In this document: positions 8,588-18,041 of the stretch, in pieces
Position numbering within the stretch: position 1 is the first letter of the stretch
Layout of the letters: every line of letters starts with the position of its first letter
Virus record (IMG/VR): IMGVR_UViG_3300035685_000004
Span: 1-43,055 of that record
DNA: 43,055 bases
Origin: a virus
Lineage: Duplodnaviria > Caudoviricetes
Reading direction: 5' to 3' (one strand)
Translations under genes and position numbers: made by a program
Notes under the pieces: model-generated
What the model was told of the DNA's origin: nothing
The model's database searches: none
What the model saw: the letters and a program-made list of their open reading frames with translations, nothing else

Positions 8588-11200
8588 CTAGTCCCCGCCT
8601 CCGTTGCGGCGGCTGAACTTGCTGCCGCCAGAGCGCTTGCCCTTGTCCTCGAGGTGCTCGCGTACGAGGTCGGCCACGCGGACGGGGTCCGTCTCGCCGT
8701 TCACGTTGATGGTGGTCTTGCTGTTGTCGTTCACGGTGGTTCCGCCAGAGGGCGCCCCGGGACGCGCACCACCCGCGCCCGTGGCTGGGTCGGCCGCGTT
8801 GAAGCGCGCCAGTTCCACGCGCCACCACTGCGGAATGCCGGAGGTGCTCTCCGTGGCTGAGCGCGCGGCCTCGGCGAGTTTGCGCGTCTCCTTCGAGGCC
8901 TCGTAGGACGAACCCTCCAGGCGCTCCATGGCCGCATCGATGCCCGACAGGTTGAGTTTGTTCTTGAAGCCGAAGAGTTCGCCGATGCCGTTGATGATCT
9001 CCCCGATGAACTTGACGAGTCCCAACACCACCATCCCCAGGGCCTTCAGCACCTCGAACAGCGGCTGCGCCACGAACTCGACGATGGGCGACAGCGCACC
9101 AATGAGCGCTCCCAGGCCGGCCGCCACCTCGGCCACCACCGTGAGCAGCGGGAGAAGCGGCTCCACCAGCAGGCCCACCGTGTCGGCCAGCCTCTGGAAG
9201 ATGGACTCCAACTCCGACAGGGCACCCTGGAACGACTCGCTCTGAGAGAGAAGGCCTACGAGTCCGCCCACCACCGCGCCCACAGTGCCTGCCGAGGCAC
9301 CCGTTTTCACGCCCTCCAGCGTGGCGTTGATGGCCGAGCCGCTCGGCTTCAGCATGCCGGCCAAGTCCTTCGGCACGTTGGCCCGCGCCTCGTCCATGGA
9401 CTTCAGGGCGTCGGCCGCCACGGAGGCATTCTCCGCCAGCGCCTTGGTTGCCTCGGCAGCGAGGTTCGCCTGCCGCGCCTCGCCCAGGCGTCCGGCGCGC
9501 TCGAGCGCTGCGGCTTCCGCCCGGAGCGTGGCTTCACGTTTGAGCGCCGTGGACATGGCGTCGAGCGCTGCGTTGAAACTCGCGAATCCGGCCGTCGGGT
9601 CGGCGTCGCTCGCCGTCATCGCCGCTCGTCGTGCCTCGACGGCGCTGTCGATGTCGGCAAGCTGATTGCTCAGCGCTGCGGCTTGCCCATCCATCCACAG
9701 CGCGGTGTCGATGGCTGCCGCCTCCATGGAGCGGAAGGCATCGGCAGCGGACGAGGCGCGCGCAGCCAGGTCTTCGAGTTCGGCCGCCCTGCGGAGCGCC
9801 GCATCCGCGCCGATAGCGTCTCCGTCCTTGTCGCGCTTGCCTGCCTCGTCCCGGGCGCTGGCCGCGTCCTTCTGTGCCTGCGCCATGCGCGAGAGCGCGT
9901 CGCCCTCGTCGGCGAATCCGGCCGTCGGGTCGGCGACTCCGAGACGAGCGACGGCGGCGCGGTCGATGGCGGCGTGCTGGCGCTCCAGAGCGAGGGCGGC
10001 CTTGACGTAGTCCTCCAGCGCCTTGGCCGACTCTTCCTGGGCCTTCTTCGCCGCCTCAGCCAGTTTCTTCTGGGCCTCGGCAGCGGCCTCGCTCGCCTTC
10101 TTCGTGCGGTCGATGGCGGCGACGTATGAGTCGGCAGCGGGCTTTGCCTTCTCCGAGTCCCTGGCCATGACGGCCCCTGGCCCCGCCTCCTCCCAGATGG
10201 CCGCTAGTTTCTTCCCGGTGTCGGCGAAGGTCTCTCGAAGTTTCTCGCCGGCTAGGTCGGCACTCCGCCCAGCCGCCGCCTTGTCGCCGCCGAGGAGGTT
10301 GGCCAGCGCCGAACCCTCGCCCGCCAGGATTTCCCCGGTGGACTCGAAGGCGGCACCTACCAGGACAGCGGCCGAAGCGAGGACGCGCACGGTGCCCGCG
10401 AGGGACTGGGCCACCGCGTCGAATGCCTCGGCGCTGCCCTTACCAACGGTGAAGGTTTCGGACAGCGCCATCATGTTCGGCGCCAAATCCTGCGCCACGC
10501 GGGCGGCGAGTCCCTCGCTGGCCTTCTTCAATCTGTCCAGCGCGTCGTTGAAGTCTCCAGCCGAAGCCGAGCCCTTCGCGGTGATGACGTTGCCGGTGCG
10601 CTCGGCCTCCTCGGCGAACGCGGCGAGGCCCGCCTTGCCGTTGTTGAGCAACGGAATGAGCTTCGTGCCCTCGTCCCCAAAGAGGCGCATGGCCAGGGCC
10701 GTCTTGCCGGCTCCGTCGTCCGTCTCCGCGAAGCGCTGGGCGATGTCGGCAAAGACGGCCTCAGAGGCGCGAAGTTTCCCGTCGGCATCGGCCGCTTCAA
10801 CGCCGATGGCGCGAAACATGGCCGCCTGCTCCGAGGCGGGGTCAGCTGCCTTGGCCATCATGTCGGCCGTCTTCGACAGCGCCTTGCCCACCATCTCCGT
10901 TGAGGCGGCCGAGAAGGCGCCCGCGTAGGCGAGTTTCGACAGGGCCTCGACCGGCACACCCACGGCGGCCGCCAAGTCCCCCATCGAGTCGGCCGCGTCT
11001 GCGCCGGACTTGATGAAGCCGGCGAGGCTGCCCAGGGCGTCCTTCAGGAAGTCGAAGGAGAGCGCACCGGCGATGACGTTGCCGGTGCGCTCGGACTGCT
11101 TGGCGAACTCCTCCAACTTCTTGTTGGCCTCGTCCAGGCCGTGACGGAGTTGGGCAGACTGAAGTTGAAGGTCGACAACGAGGGACGCGAGTTTGGCCAC
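8588..11200 (-). CDS. Tail tape measure protein (870 aa)
   Basis: Long Ala-rich helical ORF after the tail chaperones; AMRLFGDEGTKLIPLLNNG motif. Confidence 0.9.
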   Translation of the reverse strand: MAKLASLVVDLQLQSAQLRHGLDEANKKLEEFAKQSERTGNVIAGALSFDFLKDALGSLAGFIKSGADAADSMGDLAAAVGVPVEALSKLAYAGAFSAASTEMVGKALSKTADMMAKAADPASEQAAMFRAIGVEAADADGKLRASEAVFADIAQRFAETDDGAGKTALAMRLFGDEGTKLIPLLNNGKAGLAAFAEEAERTGNVITAKGSASAGDFNDALDRLKKASEGLAARVAQDLAPNMMALSETFTVGKGSAEAFDAVAQSLAGTVRVLASAAVLVGAAFESTGEILAGEGSALANLLGGDKAAAGRSADLAGEKLRETFADTGKKLAAIWEEAGPGAVMARDSEKAKPAADSYVAAIDRTKKASEAAAEAQKKLAEAAKKAQEESAKALEDYVKAALALERQHAAIDRAAVARLGVADPTAGFADEGDALSRMAQAQKDAASARDEAGKRDKDGDAIGADAALRRAAELEDLAARASSAADAFRSMEAAAIDTALWMDGQAAALSNQLADIDSAVEARRAAMTASDADPTAGFASFNAALDAMSTALKREATLRAEAAALERAGRLGEARQANLAAEATKALAENASVAADALKSMDEARANVPKDLAGMLKPSGSAINATLEGVKTGASAGTVGAVVGGLVGLLSQSESFQGALSELESIFQRLADTVGLLVEPLLPLLTVVAEVAAGLGALIGALSPIVEFVAQPLFEVLKALGMVVLGLVKFIGEIINGIGELFGFKNKLNLSGIDAAMERLEGSSYEASKETRKLAEAARSATESTSGIPQWWRVELARFNAADPATGAGGARPGAPSGGTTVNDNSKTTINVNGETDPVRVADLVREHLEDKGKRSGGSKFSRRNGGGD

Positions 11201-11203
11201 GGC

Positions 11204-11539
11204 CTATTCCTTCTTGGTGCCGCCTCCGAAAGCGTTCCGGAAGAAGGCGATGGTCTGCTCCGCGGTCATCTCGGGAGGCGCGGGCGGCCGAAGCATGAAC
11301 TTCATCGGGTCCGCCACGACTCCGGGTCGCATGTGCGGAGCCATGGCCACGGCGCACCGCATGCCGTGCCACGCGTCCAGAGCGGGAAAGCCGAATGGCT
11401 CGAGACTCATGTACCAGAGCCAACCGCGCCACTCCTCGTCCGTGAGGGCGGCGAGGAGGTGGTCGGGATGCGCGTGCGTGCCCAGCGCGAGACAGAGCCG
11501 ATAAGCTGCTATGCGCTCGTGCTGGGCTTCGGATTTCCC
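11204..11539 (-). CDS. Tail assembly chaperone G-T extension (-1 frame)
   Basis: The -1 frame is open from the slippery site through LTDEEWRGWLWYMSLEPFG to the stop at 11204. Confidence 0.75.
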   Translation of the reverse strand, partial: GKSEAQHERIAAYRLCLALGTHAHPDHLLAALTDEEWRGWLWYMSLEPFGFPALDAWHGMRCAVAMAPHMRPGVVADPMKFMLRPPAPPEMTAEQTIAFFRNAFGGGTKKE

Positions 11540-11856
11540 GGCGCACCCCCTTTGCCGGAAAACATGGCGAAGCAGCGCTCGGCGATGGTGCGGAGCGACT
11601 CAGCCGAGATGCCTTCGAGGAAGGCGGGGACGTCGTCGGCCGAGAACATGTGGGCGCCGTCTTCGTCCACCAGCATGTCGGCCACCATGGCCCGGATGGT
11701 CTCGGCGCTGGCGAAGTTGGCGTTGGACTCGCGCAGTCGTACGGCAAGGCTCGCTGACGGCTTGGCGAGCAGCAGCGGCGCGCTGTACTCGGGTAGGTCG
11801 AGCGGTTCGACCTGCCGCTTCGGACAGCGGGCCTGTTCCTTGGTCAGGTAGCGCAT
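11509..11856 (-). CDS. Tail assembly chaperone (gpG-like)
   Basis: Lies between major tail and tape measure genes; ends ..APGNPK at the slippery site. Confidence 0.8.
   Translation of the reverse strand: MRYLTKEQARCPKRQVEPLDLPEYSAPLLLAKPSASLAVRLRESNANFASAETIRAMVADMLVDEDGAHMFSADDVPAFLEGISAESLRTIAERCFAMFSGKGGAPGNPKPSTSA
11533..11539 (-). other. -1 programmed frameshift site G GGA AAT
   Basis: X XXY YYZ heptamer in frame at Gly-Asn, analogous to lambda GGGAAAG. Confidence 0.8.
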
Positions 11857-11870
11857 GGCGTGGTCCTCGC

Positions 11871-12263
11871 TCAGGCGGGGTCGGTCCAGGTCGGCTCACC
11901 GGAGATCTTGAGCGTCACGGAGTTGGAGAGCTTGTCGTTGACGCCACCCGCGCTCATGCCGAAGGCCGTGACGATGGCGGAGAAGCCGACGGTGGTGCCG
12001 CCAGGGAACTCGATCATGTACGCCCCGGGCGCGCCGCCGAGCGCATCGCGAACCGCCTTCTGCGTGGTGGTACTCATCCAGTTGCAGTCGAAAGTCACCT
12101 CGCCCGCGTCCTTCATGCCGGACGCCACCTCCATCCACGTGGAGTCATGGGTGGTCATGTCGATCGTGGACGCGGTCATGTTCGGCCCGCCCAGCGTGGT
12201 GATGTGGCCGACCGCGACGGTCGCCAGTTTCAGCGTGGTGCCCTTGGATGCCCTGCCGGCCAT
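11871..12263 (-). CDS. Major tail tube protein
   Basis: IDMTTHDS...GMKDAGEVTF...FSAIVT...TLKISGEP. Confidence 0.88.
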   Translation of the reverse strand: MAGRASKGTTLKLATVAVGHITTLGGPNMTASTIDMTTHDSTWMEVASGMKDAGEVTFDCNWMSTTTQKAVRDALGGAPGAYMIEFPGGTTVGFSAIVTAFGMSAGGVNDKLSNSVTLKISGEPTWTDPA

Positions 12264-12328
12264 GTCGTGCGCTCCTGCGTGCTCGGTACCTCGTGCACCG
12301 CAAGAGTCGCCCGGAGCGCGGACAGGGC

Positions 12329-12712
12329 TCAGCCGCGCACGCGCTGCACCATGTAGTCCGAGGAGACGACGTAGAGGCTCGTCTCGTTCTCGTACGCGTC
12401 GCTCTGGCCCTTGCGCGTGACGCTGATGGGGGGCCCTGTCAGCACCCCAAGAACATCATCAGCAGCCTGAGCGAGCGCGTGCGTGGCCGCGTATTCCGAG
12501 CCATAGCAGTCCACCTGAACCCGGGCCGCCTCGAGCAGTTCTGCTGGCGCGTCCCCGTGCGTGTGGTGAGGCGCGGCGGACACGAGACGCAGGATGACGA
12601 AGGGACGGACCACGCCTTGCGGCGCCGCCACCGGAAAGACGCGAGCGCCCACCAGCGAGGAGACGGTGGGCGCGGCCAATAGGACATCCCGGACTGCCTG
12701 AATGTGCGTCAC
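12329..12712 (-). CDS. Tail terminator (DUF3168-like)
   Basis: LVGARVFPVAAPQG..RPF..RVQVDCYG; gene order. Confidence 0.8.
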   Translation of the reverse strand: MTHIQAVRDVLLAAPTVSSLVGARVFPVAAPQGVVRPFVILRLVSAAPHHTHGDAPAELLEAARVQVDCYGSEYAATHALAQAADDVLGVLTGPPISVTRKGQSDAYENETSLYVVSSDYMVQRVRG

Positions 12713-13212
12713 TTCACCCTTCCTTGGGCGGCGCCTGCTGCCTTCGCGCGCCTCTTCCGCACGCGCTCGATGACCTTGGCCAATTCGCCCTTGAGCGTCG
12801 TCACCACCACGTCGGCGTTCTCGTCGAGGGCTGGGCGGAGGAACGGGCGCGCCGCCTTCTTCGAGGTGCCCTTTTCGATGAAGTGCCAGCGCCAGTGCGG
12901 GGACTGATAGTCCAGAGGGCGTTCGCTGTCCGGCGCGCCCGTCTTCGCTTTGGCGATGCGCAGACCCACCACGGCCACGCCCGCCCCATCCTTCGGCGCC
13001 TGGGTGACAATGCGAATATGGTCGCGCAGCAAGCCGGTATCGATCGGGGCTTTCGCCTTCGCGGCGTCCAGCACTGGCTTGAAGGCCTTGCGCCCAGCTG
13101 CGCGCAAGGCCTTCTGTCCGTCCTTCGGACCCAGGCCGACCAACTCCTGCTCCAGGTCCCTCAGACCCTGGGCCAGTTCGAAGAGGCCGTACACCTTCAT
13201 ACGCGCGCTCAT
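12709..13212 (-). CDS. HK97 gp10-family tail-completion protein
   Basis: APIDTGLLR..I...WHFIEKGTSKKAARPFLRPA. Confidence 0.9.
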   Translation of the reverse strand: MSARMKVYGLFELAQGLRDLEQELVGLGPKDGQKALRAAGRKAFKPVLDAAKAKAPIDTGLLRDHIRIVTQAPKDGAGVAVVGLRIAKAKTGAPDSERPLDYQSPHWRWHFIEKGTSKKAARPFLRPALDENADVVVTTLKGELAKVIERVRKRRAKAAGAAQGRVK

Positions 13213-13538
13213 ATAGTCTCCTCCACCAACTCCTCAGCGGTAATGACGAGCTCGGCCTTGCGCGCCTCCAGGTCCACCGCCGAGGTGATGTTGTGCGCCT
13301 TGCCACCGAACAGCAGGCGCATCCCGGGCGTCACCCCCGGCAGGTAGCGCAGGCGGAACACCACCGGCACGCGGGCGTTTCGCTGGGCGCTCTCCCAGAC
13401 CTCGGAACCCGAGGCGCGGTCTACTGAAGCGGCGCGGGAGGCGAACTCCTCCCAGCCGCTCAGCGGCCCACCCGCAGCGTCCGTGCCAGCCTTCCGCCGC
13501 TGGATGACGACGCGGTGCCGCATGGCACCCGGCCGCAT
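13209..13538 (-). CDS. Head closure/head-tail adaptor
   Basis: GAMRHRVVIQ...G..W...FRLRYLPGVTPGMR. Confidence 0.88.
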   Translation of the reverse strand: MRPGAMRHRVVIQRRKAGTDAAGGPLSGWEEFASRAASVDRASGSEVWESAQRNARVPVVFRLRYLPGVTPGMRLLFGGKAHNITSAVDLEARKAELVITAEELVEETI

Positions 13539-14107
13539 CACAGGCGCACCAGTCGATACGGCGAGAGCAGAGAGTCGACAGCGAAAGCCACCTTCCCCAT
13601 GGACACACCCGCCACCTCCGGAACGCGGTGCTCGTACATTTGGGCCACCAGCAACAGCAGCGACTGTTTGATGTCCTCGGGGACGGCATCCACCGCCCAC
13701 CCGACGGTGTACCGCACCCGCACGGCGTCCCACTGACAGCGCGTGGACGGCCAGGACTGCCCGTAGGCCAGCAGCAGGCGCCCAGGCGCAGACACGGAGT
13801 CGGCCGAGTAGGTGTCGGATCTGAGCGTCTGCTGGGCGCCTGCTGCGTCGACATAGGCGACGGACAGGACGGCGCCGAGGTTACCGCCCGACAACTCCAG
13901 CGGGCCGTATGGAAACCCCTCCAGCACGGCCTCTCGCGTCTGCGTAACGAGGCCACGCCAGCACGTCTCCTCAACGTGCCGGCGCGCAGCCTTGATGAGC
14001 GCAGCCACGTAGGCGTCATCCTCGGCGCCCTCAAGGCGAAGATGGCTCTTCGCCTCGGCGAGGGTGATGGGTTCCGACGTCGGCGGGGTGACGACGTGGA
14101 CGCGCAT
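13538..14107 (-). CDS. Head-tail connector (gp6-like)
   Basis: EPITLAEAKSHLR...LIKAAR...VPEDIKQSLLLLVAQMYEHR. Confidence 0.9.
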   Translation of the reverse strand: MRVHVVTPPTSEPITLAEAKSHLRLEGAEDDAYVAALIKAARRHVEETCWRGLVTQTREAVLEGFPYGPLELSGGNLGAVLSVAYVDAAGAQQTLRSDTYSADSVSAPGRLLLAYGQSWPSTRCQWDAVRVRYTVGWAVDAVPEDIKQSLLLLVAQMYEHRVPEVAGVSMGKVAFAVDSLLSPYRLVRL

Positions 14108-14110
14108 GGA

Positions 14111-14290
14111 CTACTTCCCCTTGCTGGGCTCGGGCGGCCTCGCCTGCGTCTCGCTCACCTCTTCGCCCGACTTGAGCTGGAGCGCCACCTCGGCGGCGCG
14201 GCCTTCCACCACGTCGCCGGCATTCACCGTGCGGACGTGGTTTCCGGTCTCGCCGGCCCACAGGAACTCCTTCGTCACCTTGACCTTCAT
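14111..14290 (-). CDS. Small head-module protein (59 aa)
   Basis: Hand translation MKVKVTKEFLW...SKGK with GGAGG RBS; fills the gap between neighbours. Confidence 0.7.
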   Translation of the reverse strand: MKVKVTKEFLWAGETGNHVRTVNAGDVVEGRAAEVALQLKSGEEVSETQARPPEPSKGK

Positions 14291-14304
14291 AGCGTCCTCC
14301 AGGC

Positions 14305-14706
14305 TCAGGCGACGGGGGCGCGCTTCGGGTGCGCCTGGATGGCGACGCAGCAGAGGAAGCCGCCCGTCGTGGCGCCAGTCTGGACGACCTTCGCGCGCAC
14401 GTAGCGCTTGGTTCCGATGTAGCCCACGCGCTTGACCGCGTTGGCATCGGCCGAGCCGAACGCCGGCTCGGTGCCGAGCAGGTCCGCGTCGGCCACCGCG
14501 GCCTCGTCGGACATGTTCGCCTCTTCACCCTCGTACAGCGTGACGGTGAACGTGCCGTCTGTGATGGCCCCGGCCACAAAGACGAGCTCGAGAGAGCCGA
14601 ACTCGGAGACGTCGAGCGTTTGCCCCGTGGTGGTGCCGTTTCCGGCGATGATGGCGGCCGGACTGATGCAGCGCGACGGCTTGAAGTTGTTGTGCAGGTC
14701 TCGCAT
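14305..14706 (-). CDS. Putative head decoration/cement protein
   Basis: Immediately after the capsid gene; beta-rich, ending RVGYIGTKRYVR. Confidence 0.6.
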   Translation of the reverse strand: MRDLHNNFKPSRCISPAAIIAGNGTTTGQTLDVSEFGSLELVFVAGAITDGTFTVTLYEGEEANMSDEAAVADADLLGTEPAFGSADANAVKRVGYIGTKRYVRAKVVQTGATTGGFLCCVAIQAHPKRAPVA

Positions 14707-14719
14707 GTCGTGTCCTGGT

Positions 14720-15904
14720 TCAGGCGGAGAGGGTGAGCACCTTGGCGGCGCGATCCTGGACGAGCATGCCGCCCACGCGCTTCGTCGTGTAGAACATCAC
14801 GTGCGGCTTCTCGGTGAACTCGTCGCGCAGGACGCGAACGCCACGCACGTCGTAGATGGTGTACGCACGGCGGAAGTCAGCGAAGATGAGCGCGTTGGCG
14901 TCGGCGGCGGGGTCCGGCATGTCGTCGTTCTCCACGATGCCGTAGCCCAGCAGAAGACCGCTGCTTCCCTGGGCGAAGTTGGGTTGCCAGAGGTAATTGC
15001 CCTGGCCGTCCTTGAGCTTGCGGATGGCCGCGAGGCTCAGATTCGACAGCATGAACTGGGCTCCCTGGCGGTACCCACGCTTGAGCGCGTGGACGAGGTC
15101 GACGATCTTGTCGGCCACGAAGGCGCCCGGAGAGCCGGTGACGATCTTCTGGATGGAGCCGAAGGAGCGGGGACCGTCCGTCGCGGTGGAGAGCGTGTAG
15201 GCCAGCAGACCCTTCGGCTTCTCCGAGCCATCGCCCGTGAGGAACGCCGCGTTCTCCTGCTCGGCGAACTCCAGCCCCACCTCCTCGGACAACCACGCTT
15301 CGATGTCCACCGCCGAGTCATCCAGCGCCCGCTGGGTGGACTTCGGCTTGGCGTAGAGTTCGCCGAAGTAGGGCTTGAGCGTCGCCAGGGTGGGCGTGCC
15401 CGTCTCGGCGCGGGACTGCTTCTCGCCCACCCATCCGGAACTGGCGCCGCCCTGGGACACGAGTTTGGTGTAGTTCTCGTTACTGAGCGTCTGGACGTTG
15501 CAGACGGTGCGCATGGGGGTGTTGTCGCGTTCGTAGCGCTCGATCATCAGGTCGAGCGTCTCGGGCACGGCGTACCCGCCATCCGGGTCGGAGCCGACGG
15601 AGATGGCCGCCTTGAGGCTGGTGACGTCGCCCTTGCGCAGGTAGCCCTGGAACGCTTTGCGGTGCTCGGCCTTCTTGGGGTCGGCCTCGGCACCGTCGGC
15701 GGGCTTCAGGCGCTGGGCCTGCTTCTGCACCTCGTCGACCTGGGCCAGAACCTCGGTCACCCGGGCGTTGAGCCGGTCGACCATCTCCCGCGTCTCGGCG
15801 GTGGCGTGGCCGTTCTTCTTGACCTCCGCCAGCGCCTTCTCGTTCTCGGCCCGGAAGTCAGCCACGGCCTTCTTCACGTCTTCCACTGCGTTCTGCACGT
15901 TCAA
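14720..15904 (-). CDS. HK97-fold major capsid protein
   Basis: Coiled-coil delta domain, DGGYAVPE, GDGSEKPKGLL, KLKDGQGNYLW, FYTTKRVGG. Confidence 0.95.
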   Translation of the reverse strand: MNVQNAVEDVKKAVADFRAENEKALAEVKKNGHATAETREMVDRLNARVTEVLAQVDEVQKQAQRLKPADGAEADPKKAEHRKAFQGYLRKGDVTSLKAAISVGSDPDGGYAVPETLDLMIERYERDNTPMRTVCNVQTLSNENYTKLVSQGGASSGWVGEKQSRAETGTPTLATLKPYFGELYAKPKSTQRALDDSAVDIEAWLSEEVGLEFAEQENAAFLTGDGSEKPKGLLAYTLSTATDGPRSFGSIQKIVTGSPGAFVADKIVDLVHALKRGYRQGAQFMLSNLSLAAIRKLKDGQGNYLWQPNFAQGSSGLLLGYGIVENDDMPDPAADANALIFADFRRAYTIYDVRGVRVLRDEFTEKPHVMFYTTKRVGGMLVQDRAAKVLTLSA

Positions 15905-15917
15905 AGTGTCGACTCCT

Positions 15918-16643
15918 TCAGGCCGCGCGAGGGCGGAGGGTTGCGGTCAGGTCCAGCAGCGCGGCAATTTCCGCGCTCTCATCCGAGGCCGCGGCCTCGG
16001 AAATCTCGTCGGTGAAGCCCAGGGCCTTGGCCTCGGCGGCGGTCATCCATGTTTCGGCGGCCATCCACGCGCGCACGTCCTCCACACTCTGCTTTGTGCG
16101 CGTGGCGTACCGCTCGGCGTAGGTTCCGTTCTCCTTGTCGAGGAGGTCGGCCGTTTCGCGCAGCGCAGCGGCGTTGCCCATGGCCAGCGTCCACACTTCG
16201 TGAATCATCCACGTGGCGTCGCGGGCGGTGATGATTCGGTCACCGACCATGGCGACGTAGGTCGCCGCACTGGCGGCGATGCCATCGACATGGACTACCA
16301 CCTCGCGCCCGCCGGCCTTGAAGCGCTCGATCTGGGCGAAGATGGCCTTGGCCTCGTAGATGTCACCACCAGGGGAGTTGATGTAGATGTCGAGGGCCGT
16401 GGCCCCCTTCATGCCGTCCAAGGCCGTCTGTACCGACTTGGCCGTAACGCCGCCGCCAGTCCACCAATCCTCGCCGATGGAGTCGTAGATGTAGAGCGAG
16501 CCGCGCCCCGCCGACACGTCGGCGCGGAAGCCTCCAGCGCCCGAGGCCTTGGCGTGACGGGCGGCAATCTGGTGGGCCCGCTGGAGGCCTCTGGGGAGCG
16601 ACAGGTCGCGCATGGGTGAAATCCTCGCGTGGGGCGCGGACAC
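15918..16643 (-). CDS. ClpP-like prohead protease
   Basis: INSPGG, DGIAASAAT, MIHE, ETWMTAAEA..GFTD. Confidence 0.93.
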   Translation of the reverse strand: MSAPHARISPMRDLSLPRGLQRAHQIAARHAKASGAGGFRADVSAGRGSLYIYDSIGEDWWTGGGVTAKSVQTALDGMKGATALDIYINSPGGDIYEAKAIFAQIERFKAGGREVVVHVDGIAASAATYVAMVGDRIITARDATWMIHEVWTLAMGNAAALRETADLLDKENGTYAERYATRTKQSVEDVRAWMAAETWMTAAEAKALGFTDEISEAAASDESAEIAALLDLTATLRPRAA

Positions 16644-17843
16644 CTATTCGTCCGCCGGGGGCTTGCCGTTGACGGCCATGTTGAGCGGCGTGAGGTAGAT
16701 GTCACCCCCCTCCCGGGGGTTCATGTCCTCGCGGTCCCGAATCTCGTTCGGGGACATGGCGCCATCCTGGACGAGCGAGTGGTAGAAGGCCGCTCGTGCC
16801 TGCATGTCCCCGCGCAGCAAGCCCGCGACGTTGAACTTGGCGAAGTACCGAGGCCGCTCCTCTGGCGTGAGGAGTTGGAAGTGCGCCCGCTGCTCGATGC
16901 GCGTGAGGTACGGCATGAGTGTGTGCACGACGAAGTCCAGGCCTTGGTGCTCGATGTTGCTGAAGGTGGCACGCTCCAGGTCCCCAATGAGGTGAGGCGG
17001 CACGCGGTAGAGTCCGGCGATCTCGCTTCGCTGGTACTTGCGCGTCTCCAGAAACTGGGCGTCAGCAGCAGGCATCCCGATGGTGTGCCACTTCATGCCC
17101 TCTTCGAGAATCATCGGCCGGTGAGCATTCTCTGCCCCCTGGCGTTCCTCCACGCTGTTCTTGAGATTCTTGTACGCCTCGGGGCTGAGTTTCCCTGGAA
17201 CCTCGAGCATGCCACCTGGTTGCGCCCCATTGGCGAAGAGCTTCGCGCCGAACGTCTCAGCCCCGATGGCGAGCCCGATGGCCTCCCGCGCGTGCTGTAC
17301 GGGGTTGGCCCCGAGGAGCGCGTCGAAGGACGGTAGCTTGATGTGCAGCACGTCCGACGCGGGAAGGGTGTCCACCTTGCTCCGCTTCAGCGCCACCCGG
17401 TATGACACCGCGTCCGCGTCCGCGTCGTAGACGGGCGTAACCGCGTCCGGGTGGAGGGGATACAACTCCTTTACGCGAAGCCGATTGGACGGGCCTGTGC
17501 GGATGATTTGGCTGTAGGCATTGCCCTTGTACCCGAGGCATCCCAGCGTCCACTCACGCCACTCCTGGGCCGTCTGCCGCTTGTTCGGCGCGTAGTGGAG
17601 CACCTCGTACAGCGGATGGTTGGTGGCCTTCTTCTTCTCTGTCCCGCTCTGCTCCAGTAGATGGACGGGGAGCTGACCCACCGACTCAGCCAGCACTCGG
17701 ACGCACGAGAAGACGGCGGCGAGGGCAAGGGCCCTCTCGGGCGTCACGTCCATGCCAGCGGCCGAGGTGCTGCGCCGAGCGAGTACACGGGCGAGCTCCT
17801 CAGAGGTCCGCACCGCCGAGGCGCGAAAGAGCCGGTCGAGCAT
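16644..17843 (-). CDS. HK97-family portal protein
   Basis: AVFSCVRVLAESVGQLP, GNAY, DAQFLETR, FSNIEHQ, PNEIR..E.MNP..GGD. Confidence 0.95.
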   Translation of the reverse strand: MLDRLFRASAVRTSEELARVLARRSTSAAGMDVTPERALALAAVFSCVRVLAESVGQLPVHLLEQSGTEKKKATNHPLYEVLHYAPNKRQTAQEWREWTLGCLGYKGNAYSQIIRTGPSNRLRVKELYPLHPDAVTPVYDADADAVSYRVALKRSKVDTLPASDVLHIKLPSFDALLGANPVQHAREAIGLAIGAETFGAKLFANGAQPGGMLEVPGKLSPEAYKNLKNSVEERQGAENAHRPMILEEGMKWHTIGMPAADAQFLETRKYQRSEIAGLYRVPPHLIGDLERATFSNIEHQGLDFVVHTLMPYLTRIEQRAHFQLLTPEERPRYFAKFNVAGLLRGDMQARAAFYHSLVQDGAMSPNEIRDREDMNPREGGDIYLTPLNMAVNGKPPADE

Positions 17844-18010
17844 CACTCACCCCCAGCGGATGCGCGGGCACGAGCCGCCTGGAGCGCGTAGCCCAGCAGC
17901 AGCAGGCCGCCGAGGATCCATGCGGCGGGCCGGTACACCTGTCCCACGCCGTACAGGAAGGCGGCGAGCCCCACCAGCGCGATGATGAAGTCGGGGAGTC
18001 CCTGACGCAT
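17843..18010 (-). CDS. Small two-TM protein between TerL and portal (55 aa)
   Basis: Hand translation MRQGLPDFIIALVGLAAFLYGVGQVYRPAAWILGGLLLLG...; TGATG coupling to the portal gene; usual position in HK97-like phages. Confidence 0.75.
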   Translation of the reverse strand: MRQGLPDFIIALVGLAAFLYGVGQVYRPAAWILGGLLLLGYALQAARARASAGGE

Positions 18011-18041
18011 GGACAAAGCGTACGAGCCAGCGCGGACAGGG

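Noticed and set aside
14432-16619. Long plus-strand ORFs of 527 and 320 aa
   Set aside because: Antisense to the capsid and protease genes.
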